A stretch of 31,364 nucleotides of DNA from contig JAAXVZ010000001.1 of the NCBI GenBank assembly GCA_013335235.1, positions 1-31,364 on the forward strand. The letters are read 5' to 3'. Source of the stretch: Nanobdellota archaeon. GTDB taxonomy: Archaea; Nanobdellota; Nanobdellia; Woesearchaeales; GW2011-AR15. The translations under genes and the position numbers were made by a program. Below are positions 8,688-17,247 of the stretch, piece after piece (position 1 is the first letter of the stretch; the number at the start of each line of letters is the position of its first letter). The notes under the pieces were generated by a model. It was not told where the DNA came from, searched no databases, and saw only the letters and a list, made by a program, of their open reading frames with translations.

Positions 8688-9955
8688 CACTGAACCACAT
8701 AACAAAGATAGAGGGACACGCGAAACTCTATGTAGAGATAAAAGACAATAAGGTATTGAAGTGCGAGCTATCTTCCGTAGAAGGATCAAGATATTTTGAA
8801 GGCATCCTGAAAGGCAAGCATTATTATGAGGCTCATGAGATAACCTCTAGGATATGCGGCATATGCAGCTGCGGCCACAATGTCGCTGCGACAAGCGCCA
8901 TTGAAAATGCGCTTGGGATTGAAGTCTCAAAGCAGACCCTGGCGCTAAAGAAACTTATGACATTAGGAGAGAGGATAAGGAGCCATGCGACACACCTCTA
9001 TTTCCTTGCCCTGCCGGATTACATGGGCTATGAGTCAGCCCTCGCGATGCTCCCTAAATACAAGAAGGAAGTTAAAAGGGCATTGTCTTTGATGAGATTC
9101 GGGAACAACTTGGTGAAGGTAATCGGCGGACGGGATTTGCATCAAGTCAGCATGACAGTTGGCGGCTTCCTTAAAATCCCGAAAAAACAAGAGCTAGATG
9201 AGCTTGCAGAGTCGGCGAAAATCTTGAAAGAGGACGCAATAGAGACAGCGAAGCTGTTCTCTAAGCTCACTTTATATAATATAGATGACAGATGCGAGCA
9301 TTTCAGCCTCCATGAGAAAGAAGAATACGCGATGCTGAACTCAAGCCTGGTCTCTGAGAAAGCCAGGTTTTCAGAGTATGAGTACCTGAAATATTTTGAA
9401 GAGTATCATAACAACTACTCAACAGCGAATTTTGTGTCCAAGGACAGCAAGTCCTTCCTTGTAGGAAGCTTGTCCAGGATCAATAATAATCGGGAGCAAT
9501 TGTCTAAGGATGCCAAGGCTATATTGTTATCTTCAAGCATTAAGTTCCCAAATACAAATCCATTCACAAACAATTTCTGTCAGGCGGTCGAGCTTGTCCA
9601 TAGCATGGATCAGGTAATTGAGCTATGTAATTCTTTGACACCAAAGGAAGAGAGGTTGGTCAAGCCAAAGCTCAAGAAGACAAGAGGCGTCTCTGCTGTA
9701 GAGGTTCCAAGAGGTACATTGTTCCATGATTATACTTTAGACAAGGAAGGTGTTATTGTGCATGCGAATATCATAACACCTACTGCGCTAAACCTCAAGA
9801 ACATGGAAGAGAACATCAGGAACATGCTTCCAGTACTTATCAAGAAAGGTAACGAAGAGCAGGTCAATCTTGAGATAGAGAAACTGATAAGGTGCTATGA
9901 CCCGTGTTTCTCTTGCTCGACACACTTCCTGAAGGTCAACTGGAAACGCTCTTGA
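8675..9955 (+). CDS. hydA: [NiFe]-hydrogenase large (alpha) subunit, group 3b-like
   Basis: The N-terminal Ni-binding motif is RICGICSCGH. The C-terminal motif DPCFSCSTH is followed by a 9-residue tail, FLKVNWKRS. I prefer ATG 8675 (MPSITLNHITKIEGH...); the track start 8531 lies inside the delta gene. Confidence 0.85.
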   Translation: MPSITLNHITKIEGHAKLYVEIKDNKVLKCELSSVEGSRYFEGILKGKHYYEAHEITSRICGICSCGHNVAATSAIENALGIEVSKQTLALKKLMTLGERIRSHATHLYFLALPDYMGYESALAMLPKYKKEVKRALSLMRFGNNLVKVIGGRDLHQVSMTVGGFLKIPKKQELDELAESAKILKEDAIETAKLFSKLTLYNIDDRCEHFSLHEKEEYAMLNSSLVSEKARFSEYEYLKYFEEYHNNYSTANFVSKDSKSFLVGSLSRINNNREQLSKDAKAILLSSSIKFPNTNPFTNNFCQAVELVHSMDQVIELCNSLTPKEERLVKPKLKKTRGVSAVEVPRGTLFHDYTLDKEGVIVHANIITPTALNLKNMEENIRNMLPVLIKKGNEEQVNLEIEKLIRCYDPCFSCSTHFLKVNWKRS

Positions 9956-10253
9956 GTATTATCTTGTCTCCTTCAATCACTGTTGGAACTTCTCCGCATT
10001 TTGGGCACTCAAACAGCACAAAATCATGCATCCTTTCGGCAATCTTTGCCCTGCCTTCATATCCGCACTTACATTTCACTTTTGACACCTGTTCTTCAGC
10101 AGAGAACTTAATTTTGGAGACTTCTGCAAGGTGTTCTAATAGGTGGTCTGCTTCAATCCCTGCCAGTTCCCCTACAACCAGAATCGCAGATTTTACTTTT
10201 CCATGCTTCTTTATGTCTTCCAATATCTTTAGACCTATTATTGTGTCGTGCAT
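9936..10253 (-). CDS. hypA: Hydrogenase nickel-insertion/maturation protein HypA
   Basis: 105 aa with an MHD N-terminus (the family norm is MHE). The zinc site is CKC...CPKC. It is convergent with hydA, and the two 3' ends overlap by 20 nt. Confidence 0.7.
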   Translation of the reverse strand: MHDTIIGLKILEDIKKHGKVKSAILVVGELAGIEADHLLEHLAEVSKIKFSAEEQVSKVKCKCGYEGRAKIAERMHDFVLFECPKCGEVPTVIEGDKIILKSVSS

Positions 10254-10305
10254 GATTGTTTTTTATCGGTTAGGTTTATTAAGGCTTTGGTACTCTATTT
10301 CAAAA

Positions 10306-10851
10306 ATGAGATACTTGCTTGCATCAGCTTCTCCAAGAAGGAAATTCCTGCTTTCGCATCTGCTTTCCAGTTTTGAGGTTGCCGTATCAAATTTTGAGGA
10401 AATCGATGCAGGAAGGCCTAGGGCTGTAGCATTGCTAAATGCTGTTGGCAAGGCAAGAGCGGTCCAGTTTAACGGCGTAATCATCGCAGCAGACACGCTT
10501 GTCTACGCAAACAAGAAGATATATGGTAAACCAAAGGATGCAAAGGATGCCATAAGGATTCTTGAGGAATTGTCTGGCAAATGGCTGTCAGTCTATACAG
10601 GGATATGCGTTCGGCTTGGCGAGGAAGAGCTTGTGGAATGCGAGGTCACTCGTATCAAATTTGGTGTTTTAAGAAGAGAAGAGATACAGGATTATGTAGC
10701 AACCGGAAGCCCGATGGATAAGGCAGGCGCCTTTGGGACAGAGGACAAATCTGCTGCATTCATAGAAAAAATTTCTGGAGATTATTTCAACGTTCTTGGG
10801 CTGCCAATATACAGACTGAAAAAAATGCTTGAAAAAATAGATAAGAACTAA
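10306..10851 (+). CDS. maf: Maf-like nucleoside-triphosphate pyrophosphatase
   Basis: From ATG 10306 the protein reads MRYLLASASPRRKFLL...AADTLV...KPKD...AGAFG...GDYFNVLGLP, which are typical Maf motifs. The 134-codon upstream extension in the track is antisense to hypA and is an artefact. Confidence 0.8.
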   Translation: MRYLLASASPRRKFLLSHLLSSFEVAVSNFEEIDAGRPRAVALLNAVGKARAVQFNGVIIAADTLVYANKKIYGKPKDAKDAIRILEELSGKWLSVYTGICVRLGEEELVECEVTRIKFGVLRREEIQDYVATGSPMDKAGAFGTEDKSAAFIEKISGDYFNVLGLPIYRLKKMLEKIDKN

Positions 10852-10865
10852 AATAAGTAAAAATC

Positions 10866-11135
10866 CTACTCTTCGTCTTCAGGGTTATAGGAAGGTACAG
10901 CAGACTTGTTTATGATCATTATGTCGCCCATGCTTTTCACAAGCGGGTGTGGCACAATGACTCCCTTTGCGCTTCCAAGGACCGTGTTTAAAAAACTGTT
11001 CTTAGTGGCTTTTACTCTCCAGCCGAAAATCTTGTTTGTGGTGACGATCGCCTCGTCTAAATCTCCAAAATAGTCACCTTCGTCTGTGAAAACCTTCATG
11101 TCATAGCATTCTGATATCTTTTTCATCTTGAGCAT
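10866..11135 (-). CDS. PRC-barrel domain protein
   Basis: 89 aa with the size and pattern of small archaeal PRC-barrel proteins (YDMKVFTDEGDYFGDLDEAIV...). A GGAGGT SD lies about 8 nt upstream of the ATG. Confidence 0.55.
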   Translation of the reverse strand: MLKMKKISECYDMKVFTDEGDYFGDLDEAIVTTNKIFGWRVKATKNSFLNTVLGSAKGVIVPHPLVKSMGDIMIINKSAVPSYNPEDEE

Positions 11136-11211
11136 TTCAATCGACCTCCTATCTTGCTTAATTGTTTATTGGTTTATATAATTTATTGTTAGCATCCTCT
11201 CTTTTATATTG

Positions 11212-12003
11212 CTATTTAAGGTGCAGGTACCTGACAATCCTCTCTCCTTTGTCCAAAGCATCAATTTTTTTCATTTCTCCGTCATTTAGTTCAAAGTCAA
11301 ATATCTCTAGATTTTCCTTCAGGTGAGTCATAGATGACGCTTTTGGGATTGCAATGATGCCTTTCTGTATTATCCATCTCAAGGTCACCTGGCCGCAGGT
11401 CTTGCCATGCTTATTCCCTATCTCTGATAATGTTTTGTCACTTATCACATGGCCCCTTGCAAGAGGGCTATAAGCCATTATCTTTATACCTACTTTTTTG
11501 CAGTATTCCTGCATCTCCTTTTGCTGTAGATATGGATGCAGTTCTATCTGGTTTACTGCGACAGGTATATATGCCCTTGCATCTTTGAGCTGGTCTATTG
11601 TGAAATTTGACACACCAATCGATTTTATCTTCCCATCCTTTTTTAAATCAGAGAGCGCTTTGTAGGCGTTATCCATTTTCTCTGTAGGATGCGGCCAGTG
11701 TATCAAGTACAAATCGAGATGCTTTCGCCCCAGTTTTTTCAGAGAGCTATCGCAGGCTTTCTTAACAGATTCATAAGACAGATGCTCCCACCAGACTTTC
11801 GTTGACAGGAACACTTCAGTTTTGCCAATCCCTGTTCCAACCTCTGTTTCATTTCCGTAGAACTCTGCAGTGTCTATCAGTGGATAGCCCAATGTTAGCG
11901 CATCTCTTACGGCATTTTGGCATCCAGCACCTGTAAGCTGCCATGTCCCAAGACCTAACGCAGGGATATCATTACTGTCATTCAATGTCAATGTTGGAAT
12001 CAT
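11212..12003 (-). CDS. Aldo-keto reductase (2,5-diketo-D-gluconate reductase-like)
   Basis: From ATG 12003 the protein reads MIPTLTLNDSNDIPALGLGTWQL...DTAEFYGNE...LDLYLIHWP...GVSNF, which are AKR signatures. The track's 36-codon extension overlaps the upstream gene. Confidence 0.8.
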   Translation of the reverse strand: MIPTLTLNDSNDIPALGLGTWQLTGAGCQNAVRDALTLGYPLIDTAEFYGNETEVGTGIGKTEVFLSTKVWWEHLSYESVKKACDSSLKKLGRKHLDLYLIHWPHPTEKMDNAYKALSDLKKDGKIKSIGVSNFTIDQLKDARAYIPVAVNQIELHPYLQQKEMQEYCKKVGIKIMAYSPLARGHVISDKTLSEIGNKHGKTCGQVTLRWIIQKGIIAIPKASSMTHLKENLEIFDFELNDGEMKKIDALDKGERIVRYLHLK

Positions 12004-12022
12004 CCAGAAAAATAAGTTAAGA

Positions 12023-12036
12023 GTGAATATAAGTTT
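12023..12036 (-). promoter_or_regulatory. TATA-like box (aaacttatattcac on the minus strand) for the AKR gene
   Basis: Centred about 26 nt upstream of ATG 12003. It sits across the stop codon of the upstream 98-aa gene. Confidence 0.35.
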
Positions 12037-12331
12037 AATGTTGATACATGACATGCTTAGCCATTCCATGCTGTACGACATATACAGGATCCATACTGCC
12101 GGAAAAGTCATCCAATGCTTGCTCTATTGAGCCAAAGCGTGTCACTTCTGGCCGTTGTGGCATAAGTGGCTGACTGAATAAGGTGTTATAGATGTTTGCA
12201 AAGGTCATCATCGAATCATTAAACCTTGTAGCAGTTATGGGCTTTTTGCCGACAGAGGATGTTTCAACCAGGACTCTGTCACCTTTCAGTTCATTGCACG
12301 GGATTCCAACATCAGATAACGCATAAACCAT
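12035..12331 (-). CDS. Hypothetical protein (98 aa)
   Basis: The ORF has ATG 12331 preceded by AAAGGTGAAAAA (GGTGA SD, 5-nt spacer). The track's MKGEK prefix is simply the SD translated. I recognise no motif. Confidence 0.45.
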   Translation of the reverse strand: MVYALSDVGIPCNELKGDRVLVETSSVGKKPITATRFNDSMMTFANIYNTLFSQPLMPQRPEVTRFGSIEQALDDFSGSMDPVYVVQHGMAKHVMYQH

Positions 12332-12571
12332 TTTTTCACCTTTCAATTATTTGTGCTCTTTTAATAAAAGAAAAGTCAATCTGAAACCAAAAACCGCAAT
12401 AGCAGCAAATCGTCGCCACATACCGGCTTTTCTTTTTATTATTCCATAATTCTATTGAGTTATTTAAACCTTTCTATTTTTTATAACTAAATAGTAGTAA
12501 CATGTTATTTTTTATACTTTGAAGCAGGAGAGAGACAAATCTTTAACTAGGGATTGAATCTCTTTCTAGTT

Positions 12572-13015
12572 ATGATTGTGATACTCGTTTCCGGAACCCC
12601 TGGCACAGGCAAGACCACGTACGCAAGGAAACTTGCGAAGGACAAGAAATACAGATATCTCGATGTCAATGCGCTCATTGATGAAAAAAAGCTTATAGAT
12701 GGTTACGATAAAAAAAGGGATTCCAAGATAATCGATACTGAAAAGCTAAACGCTGCGCTAATTGAATTGATCTCTTCTGAAAAAAAGGCCAAAGGGATGG
12801 TCATAGATTCACACTTATCTCATTTCCTGCCTCCAAAATACGCTAGCAAGTGCATAATCACTAAATGCAGCCTACCTGTGCTTAAGAAAAGGCTTGAGGA
12901 AAGAAAGTATTCCAAGGCAAAAGTGCGCGAGAACCTGGATGCAGAGATATTCGACACTTGCAGAGTGGAGGCTTTAGAGCTTGGACATAATGTTGAAGTT
13001 GTCCTGACAGACTAA
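12572..13015 (+). CDS. Fap7/AK6-type P-loop kinase (putative adenylate kinase, small-subunit rRNA maturation factor)
   Basis: MIVILVSGTPGTGKTTYARKL is a Walker A motif right at the N-terminus. The ~147-aa size and DSHLSHF motif are typical of archaeal Fap7 homologues. Confidence 0.7.
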   Translation: MIVILVSGTPGTGKTTYARKLAKDKKYRYLDVNALIDEKKLIDGYDKKRDSKIIDTEKLNAALIELISSEKKAKGMVIDSHLSHFLPPKYASKCIITKCSLPVLKKRLEERKYSKAKVRENLDAEIFDTCRVEALELGHNVEVVLTD

Positions 13016-13033
13016 GATTGTTATTATTATGTC

Positions 13034-13041
13034 TTTTTTTT
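13034..13041 (+). terminator. Oligo-T tract (T8), a likely archaeal terminator after the Fap7-like gene
   Basis: A run of 8 T begins 19 nt after the stop at 13015. Confidence 0.4.
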
Positions 13042-13108
13042 AGCATTTTGTTCAACTATTTACTACTTTTTAGAAATAAATAAATATAAGAGATTGACAC
13101 GAAGCCAA

Positions 13109-14059
13109 ATGGATAAACAAAACCTAATAACAGAGATATCAGCATCAGAAATCATTTTTGCAGCTGACCCATTAGACGGATTAGGGAACTACGATCTTAG
13201 GCAGCTAACTTCCCAGAGCTCAGGAATCGGCATCTCCGAAATTATAGGACAAGGAAGCATAAATGCGTTTTTACCTAGAACCAGTTCCTATATCTTTGAA
13301 AAAAAGAGCAGAGACCTTGTTGATGAGATACTTATTGCAGACCACAAGGGGTCACTATCTTTGATTACTAACGGAAGCGTACCTAAGGTTTCTCCAGATG
13401 GTAGATTCATAGGTTTCCTTAACTATGTGGAAGACAGATTCTGTAATATATTCTGTACTATTAATATTGACGGAACAGGTAGAAGGGAACTTAGCCTTCC
13501 AGCATATGATTCTTTTACTATCGCTTCCAATGGCCTGATTGCTGTCCCTTATGAAAATAAAATAACTATTATCGACAAATATGGGTCTATTGTTAGGGAA
13601 CTAAATGGACATCATCCCTCTTTTTCACCAGATGGTTTACTCCTTGCTTATGACTCAAGAGAGGGAAAGAAGTCTTTTGAAAATAGCGACATATCGGTTG
13701 TGCATGCAGAGACAGGTGCAGTGATTCATACGCTTGATGGTAGCGAACCTATATTCTCTAGAGACGGAAACAGGTTAGTCTACAGGACATACTCACCTTT
13801 TAGTGGAGAGAGCACACATATATATACTCTTGACACAGAGCAATCTATAAACATATGTGACCATGGGAAATCACCGTTCAGGGTTGTCTGGTCACCCTCG
13901 GACAACTTTATTTCTATTGAGGCGCACATAAAAGCGCAAGGATCTCCTATTATCTCAGGCTCCTGCATTTATATGTATGCAACAGATCAACCACAAAAAA
14001 AACCAATGATGACAATCCCAAACGCGCATTATCTCTCATGGTCTGGGTTCATAAAATAA
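13109..14059 (+). CDS. PD40/TolB-like beta-propeller repeat protein
   Basis: Recurrent PD40 repeats are present: VSPDGRFIGF, SFSPDGLLLAY, IFSRDGNRLVY, WSPSDNFISI. I prefer ATG 13109 over the TTG at 13094. No N-terminal signal peptide or TM segment is visible. Confidence 0.65.
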   Translation: MDKQNLITEISASEIIFAADPLDGLGNYDLRQLTSQSSGIGISEIIGQGSINAFLPRTSSYIFEKKSRDLVDEILIADHKGSLSLITNGSVPKVSPDGRFIGFLNYVEDRFCNIFCTINIDGTGRRELSLPAYDSFTIASNGLIAVPYENKITIIDKYGSIVRELNGHHPSFSPDGLLLAYDSREGKKSFENSDISVVHAETGAVIHTLDGSEPIFSRDGNRLVYRTYSPFSGESTHIYTLDTEQSINICDHGKSPFRVVWSPSDNFISIEAHIKAQGSPIISGSCIYMYATDQPQKKPMMTIPNAHYLSWSGFIK

Positions 14060-14060
14060 A

Positions 14061-14279
14061 CTAGCCGCAGCCAGAGCAGCCGCCGCATGACCCGCCGCAA
14101 GAGCCTCCTGGAGAATCATTGCCCTTGTTCCCTATATTTACTTTGAATACAGGCATCATCTCTTTTGCGTTGCAATGCTCACAAGAGAGGGTCTTTTCTA
14201 CTTCATGCTTTTCAGAATAGCTGCAGAATATCTCAGAAAGATGCTTGCATTGCCTGCACCTGTAAGTGTATGTTGGCAT
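14061..14279 (-). CDS. FmdB-family zinc-ribbon protein (CxxC...CxxC) with a Gly/Cys/Ser-rich tail
   Basis: MPTYTYRCRQCKHLSE...LSCEHCNAKE matches the FmdB/CxxC_CxxC_SSSS pattern. The C-terminus is GGSCGGSCGGCSGCG. Confidence 0.7.
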   Translation of the reverse strand: MPTYTYRCRQCKHLSEIFCSYSEKHEVEKTLSCEHCNAKEMMPVFKVNIGNKGNDSPGGSCGGSCGGCSGCG

Positions 14280-14295
14280 TTTACATAAATAAGAA

Positions 14296-14309
14296 GAATA
14301 TAAATAAAA
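14296..14309 (-). promoter_or_regulatory. TATA-like box in the 32-nt spacer upstream of the zinc-ribbon gene
   Basis: The minus strand reads gatttttatttatattc, centred about 24 nt upstream of ATG 14279. Confidence 0.35.
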
Positions 14310-14311
14310 AT

Positions 14312-15697
14312 CTACTGCTCAAAAAAGCCTTTGTAGAATTTGTATGCCTCATACAAATCGACTTTTGAGAGTATCTCTCTAGGCGAATGCATGCCGAATA
14401 CACCTGGCCCCGCGTCTACAGTGTCCATGCCAAAGCGCGACATATATAACGCTATTGTTCCGCCTCCTCCTATATCCACCTTTCCAAGCTCAGATGTCTG
14501 CCATGTGACTTTGTTCTTCTGGAGTATCTTCCTTATCTCATTCATGTATTCTGCATGGGCGTCGTTTGCGCTGTATTTTCCGCCAGAGCCTGTGTATTTC
14601 TCTATTGTCACTCCAAAACCGAGCTGTGTCGCGTTCTTCTCGTCAGACACCTCAGGGAAGTTTGGATCAAGAGCTGAGCTGACATCGGCAGACACAGCCT
14701 TTGAATTCACAAGCAGCTCTTTAGGGCTGATAGACAGGCCGAGCTTCTTTACAACAATCTCAGCAAAGTCAAGCAACACAAAGCTCGCCGCACCGCTGTT
14801 CCCGACAGATCCAATCTCCTCCTTGTCTGAGAAATAAGCTACGGCTGTGTTCTTGCTCTTCGAGTCGAGCAAGGCTCTCAGGTTTGCGAATGTTGCAGAT
14901 TTATCATCATGTCCATATCCAGAGATAAGGGCTTTATCAAACCCGATATCGCGCGGAGTCCCTGCAGGGACGAAATTCAATTCTGCAAACGAAAAATCCT
15001 CTTCAATCATTCCATATTTCCTGTTCAGGAGCTCGAGTACAGCCATCTTCACTTTATCCTTTGCATCCTTGTCTTTGACAGGTATGTTGCCTACAAATAC
15101 ATTGAGCTGCTCTGCCTCTACTATCTCATTGCCTGTCTTCTCCATCTGTTTTTTTGCGAGATGAGGCAATAAGTCGGATACCAGGAAACGCGGCTCATCA
15201 TCTTTCTCTCCTATTGAGAACTCATGCTTGACACCTTCCTTTGTATAGGCTACACCATACATGGCAAGGTCTACATTTGTCCACTGGTATTTCTTCACTC
15301 CACCATAATAATGTGTCTTCATCAATGCCAGGTTATTCGCTTCATACAGCGGGTTTGGCTTGATGTCGAGCCTTGGCGAGTCAAGGTGGGATCCGATGAT
15401 CATCAGGCCATCTGTCTCTTTTCCGACCTTCATTGCAATGACAGACTTGTCCTTGATATTGAAGAAGACCTTGTCCCCTTCCTTCAATGTCATCATCATC
15501 TCGATGTCCATGAATCCGAGCTTCTCTAGCCTCCTGATTATCTCTCTTGTTGCAGAGCGCTCTGTCTTTGCAACAGCTAAAAATCCCTTGTAATCTTCTG
15601 CAAAGCTTTGCACAGCGCCAGCTGGATTAGATAGCCAGGCAGATTCTTTCTTCCGTAATAGTTCTGGTTTCTTTTTTGCCAATTTCTCACCTTTCAT
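14312..15697 (-). CDS. M18-family aminopeptidase (aspartyl aminopeptidase / aminopeptidase 1-like)
   Basis: 461 aa. It has M18-type metal-ligand regions (GSHLDSP, GYGHDDK, SDKEEIGS, GMHSPRE). The start could be ATG 15697 or a TTG at 15682 that follows a GGTGAGAAA SD. Confidence 0.75.
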   Translation of the reverse strand: MKGEKLAKKKPELLRKKESAWLSNPAGAVQSFAEDYKGFLAVAKTERSATREIIRRLEKLGFMDIEMMMTLKEGDKVFFNIKDKSVIAMKVGKETDGLMIIGSHLDSPRLDIKPNPLYEANNLALMKTHYYGGVKKYQWTNVDLAMYGVAYTKEGVKHEFSIGEKDDEPRFLVSDLLPHLAKKQMEKTGNEIVEAEQLNVFVGNIPVKDKDAKDKVKMAVLELLNRKYGMIEEDFSFAELNFVPAGTPRDIGFDKALISGYGHDDKSATFANLRALLDSKSKNTAVAYFSDKEEIGSVGNSGAASFVLLDFAEIVVKKLGLSISPKELLVNSKAVSADVSSALDPNFPEVSDEKNATQLGFGVTIEKYTGSGGKYSANDAHAEYMNEIRKILQKNKVTWQTSELGKVDIGGGGTIALYMSRFGMDTVDAGPGVFGMHSPREILSKVDLYEAYKFYKGFFEQ

Positions 15698-16517
15698 AAT
15701 ATCTTTTCAATAGCAGAGCGTCATCTTCGATATTTGGGCTCTCACATACTACAACGCCTTTGATTTTAAATTCTTTCCATACATCCAGAAGCTGTTTATA
15801 ATTCATGTCAGACTCTTCCAGGATAAGATGGTTCCTCTCGCCTTTGTCTGAATACGCAATCCCTGACAGGTGGATATGCATATTGTCAAGCCCCTCTCTT
15901 CCAAGGGCCTTTTCAACTTTTGACAATACTTCTACAAATTCTGGTTTTGTATTATATTTTCCGCCAGACCTGGCATGTAGATGTGAGAAATCGAATACAG
16001 GCATGACGCCTTCTATCCCCTGGCTGATTTTCAAGAGCTCATCCACATTTCCGAACTGCGATTCCTTTCCGGTTGTCTCAGGCCTGATGAAAACATTATT
16101 GCCTCTGTCATCAAGCCTTTTCCTGATCTCTCTGATGCTATTTTCAACTTTTTCAAAGACCTGCTGCCTTTCCATCCCCAGATAGAATCCAGGATGGAAG
16201 CAGACAGAGACTCCGCCGCACTGATTCAGTATGTCTGCAGAGTTCTCGATCCTTGCCATGCTTGCGCTAAGCTTCTCTGGCTCAACTGCGTTGAGGTTTA
16301 TGAAATAGGGAGCATGGCACGTCAATATGACATTATGCTTTTTTGCCTGTTCCCGGACTAGCGGCGCTTTTTCTGAGCTGATATTCACGCTATGGACAAA
16401 CTCCAGTTCCATGTTCCCTAATCCCAGTTCCCTTACTCTTGCAATGCCGTTTATCGTATCTCTTTTCTCAGTTGACAAAGGCACGCCAGCAGTCCCGAAA
16501 TGAAGCTTTTCCATCAA
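15687..16517 (-). CDS. AP endonuclease family 2 / Endonuclease IV-like TIM-barrel protein
   Basis: 276 aa. CHAPYFINLNA, CFHPG and MHIHLSG resemble Endo IV metal-binding motifs. It overlaps the aminopeptidase start by 11 nt. Confidence 0.6.
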   Translation of the reverse strand: MMEKLHFGTAGVPLSTEKRDTINGIARVRELGLGNMELEFVHSVNISSEKAPLVREQAKKHNVILTCHAPYFINLNAVEPEKLSASMARIENSADILNQCGGVSVCFHPGFYLGMERQQVFEKVENSIREIRKRLDDRGNNVFIRPETTGKESQFGNVDELLKISQGIEGVMPVFDFSHLHARSGGKYNTKPEFVEVLSKVEKALGREGLDNMHIHLSGIAYSDKGERNHLILEESDMNYKQLLDVWKEFKIKGVVVCESPNIEDDALLLKRYYER

Positions 16518-16635
16518 TTAAGTATCTATGTGGTTTTTTTATAAATGTTATGTAAAACCTGGCACCCTATCCTGCCCAAGGTTTTAACCCTGGTTAAAGC
16601 TAGAATTCTTAAATGGCCCTGGATTTGTTTAAGCC

Positions 16636-17085
16636 ATGTCAACCAACAGTGTAACATTGCACAGAGTTCTTAAAGCAACTCCAGAAAAAGTCTATCGCGC
16701 CTTTACAGAGCCTGATGCCCTTGCATCATGGATTCCGCCATACGGTTTTATATGCGTCATTCACAAGATGGATGTGAAGGTCGGCGGGAACTACAAGATG
16801 TCTTTTATCAATTTTTCTGCAGGCAAGGGAGATTCTTTTGGCGGGAAATACCTTGAACTGAAGCAAAATGAATTCTTAAAATATACAGACAAATTTGACA
16901 ACCCTAATTTGCCTGGAGAGATGATCACATCGGTCTGGCTCAAGCAGGTTTCCTGCGGCACAGAGATAAAAATTGTTCAGGAAGGCATTCCCTCTGCTAT
17001 TCCGGTCGAGATGTGTTATCTGGGATGGCAGGAGTCGCTTGAAAAATTGGCAAAATTAGTTGAGCCGGAAATCCCTGCTGGATGA
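16636..17085 (+). CDS. SRPBCC / AHSA1 (activator of Hsp90 ATPase homologue 1-like) domain protein
   Basis: 149 aa. The region VTLHRVLKATPEKVYRAFTEPDALASWIPP...GGKYLELKQNEFLKYT is typical of this family. Confidence 0.7.
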   Translation: MSTNSVTLHRVLKATPEKVYRAFTEPDALASWIPPYGFICVIHKMDVKVGGNYKMSFINFSAGKGDSFGGKYLELKQNEFLKYTDKFDNPNLPGEMITSVWLKQVSCGTEIKIVQEGIPSAIPVEMCYLGWQESLEKLAKLVEPEIPAG

Positions 17086-17181
17086 TTCTATAGAAATGCC
17101 GCCTTTAACTAGTTCATAAATGCTAGCCCAGGAACATTTTAGATATTTCAAGCAGGCAGAGTCAGCTAAAGCCACCACGCC

Positions 17182-17188
17182 TTTTTTT
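17182..17188 (+). terminator. Oligo-T tract (T7) downstream of the SRPBCC gene
   Basis: A run of 7 T lies about 100 nt after the stop and precedes the zwf promoter. Confidence 0.3.
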
Positions 17189-17216
17189 ACTCACAAACAA
17201 GCCCCTTAAACGAAAT

Positions 17217-17226
17217 CCTTATATAC
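17217..17226 (+). promoter_or_regulatory. TATA-like box (ccttatatac) for the zwf operon
   Basis: Centred about 26 nt upstream of ATG 17248, with no SD between them. Confidence 0.45.
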
Positions 17227-17247
17227 GTACTTTCGTGCTGCAATCAT

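Noticed and set aside
8675-9955. Possible selenocysteine recoding in the hydrogenase large subunit.
   Set aside because: There is no in-frame UGA, and both Ni-binding motifs carry ordinary Cys codons.
9904-10305. The 134-codon N-terminal extension of the maf ORF. Similar upstream extensions exist for hydA (8531-8674), hydG (7064-7138), the AKR (12004-12111) and the IMPase (3204-3233).
   Set aside because: The extensions overlap neighbouring real genes and carry no family similarity. Internal ATGs give canonical family N-termini and sensible coupling or promoter spacing.
12347-12421. A 24-codon hydrophobic mini-ORF (MWRRFAAIAVFGFRLTFLLLKEHK) on the minus strand, just upstream of the 98-aa gene.
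   Set aside because: It is too short and lacks a convincing SD or correctly spaced TATA box. It cannot be told apart from chance in an A/T-rich spacer without conservation or ribosome-profiling data.
12545-12571. A perfect 6-bp inverted repeat (aactag ... ctagtt) enclosing ggattgaatctcttt, abutting the Fap7-like start. The loop vaguely recalls a tRNA T-arm.
   Set aside because: No acceptor, D or anticodon arms can be built around it, so it is not a tRNA. A regulatory hairpin is possible but unsupported.
14061-14110. The Gly/Cys/Ser-rich tail (GGSCGGSCGGCSGCG) of the small zinc-ribbon protein. I considered it as a possible RiPP precursor core next to a peptidase.
   Set aside because: Low-complexity Ser/Gly/Cys tails are a common feature of the FmdB/CxxC_CxxC_SSSS family. 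No dedicated modification enzyme is adjacent, since the radical SAM gene is 6.6 kb away.
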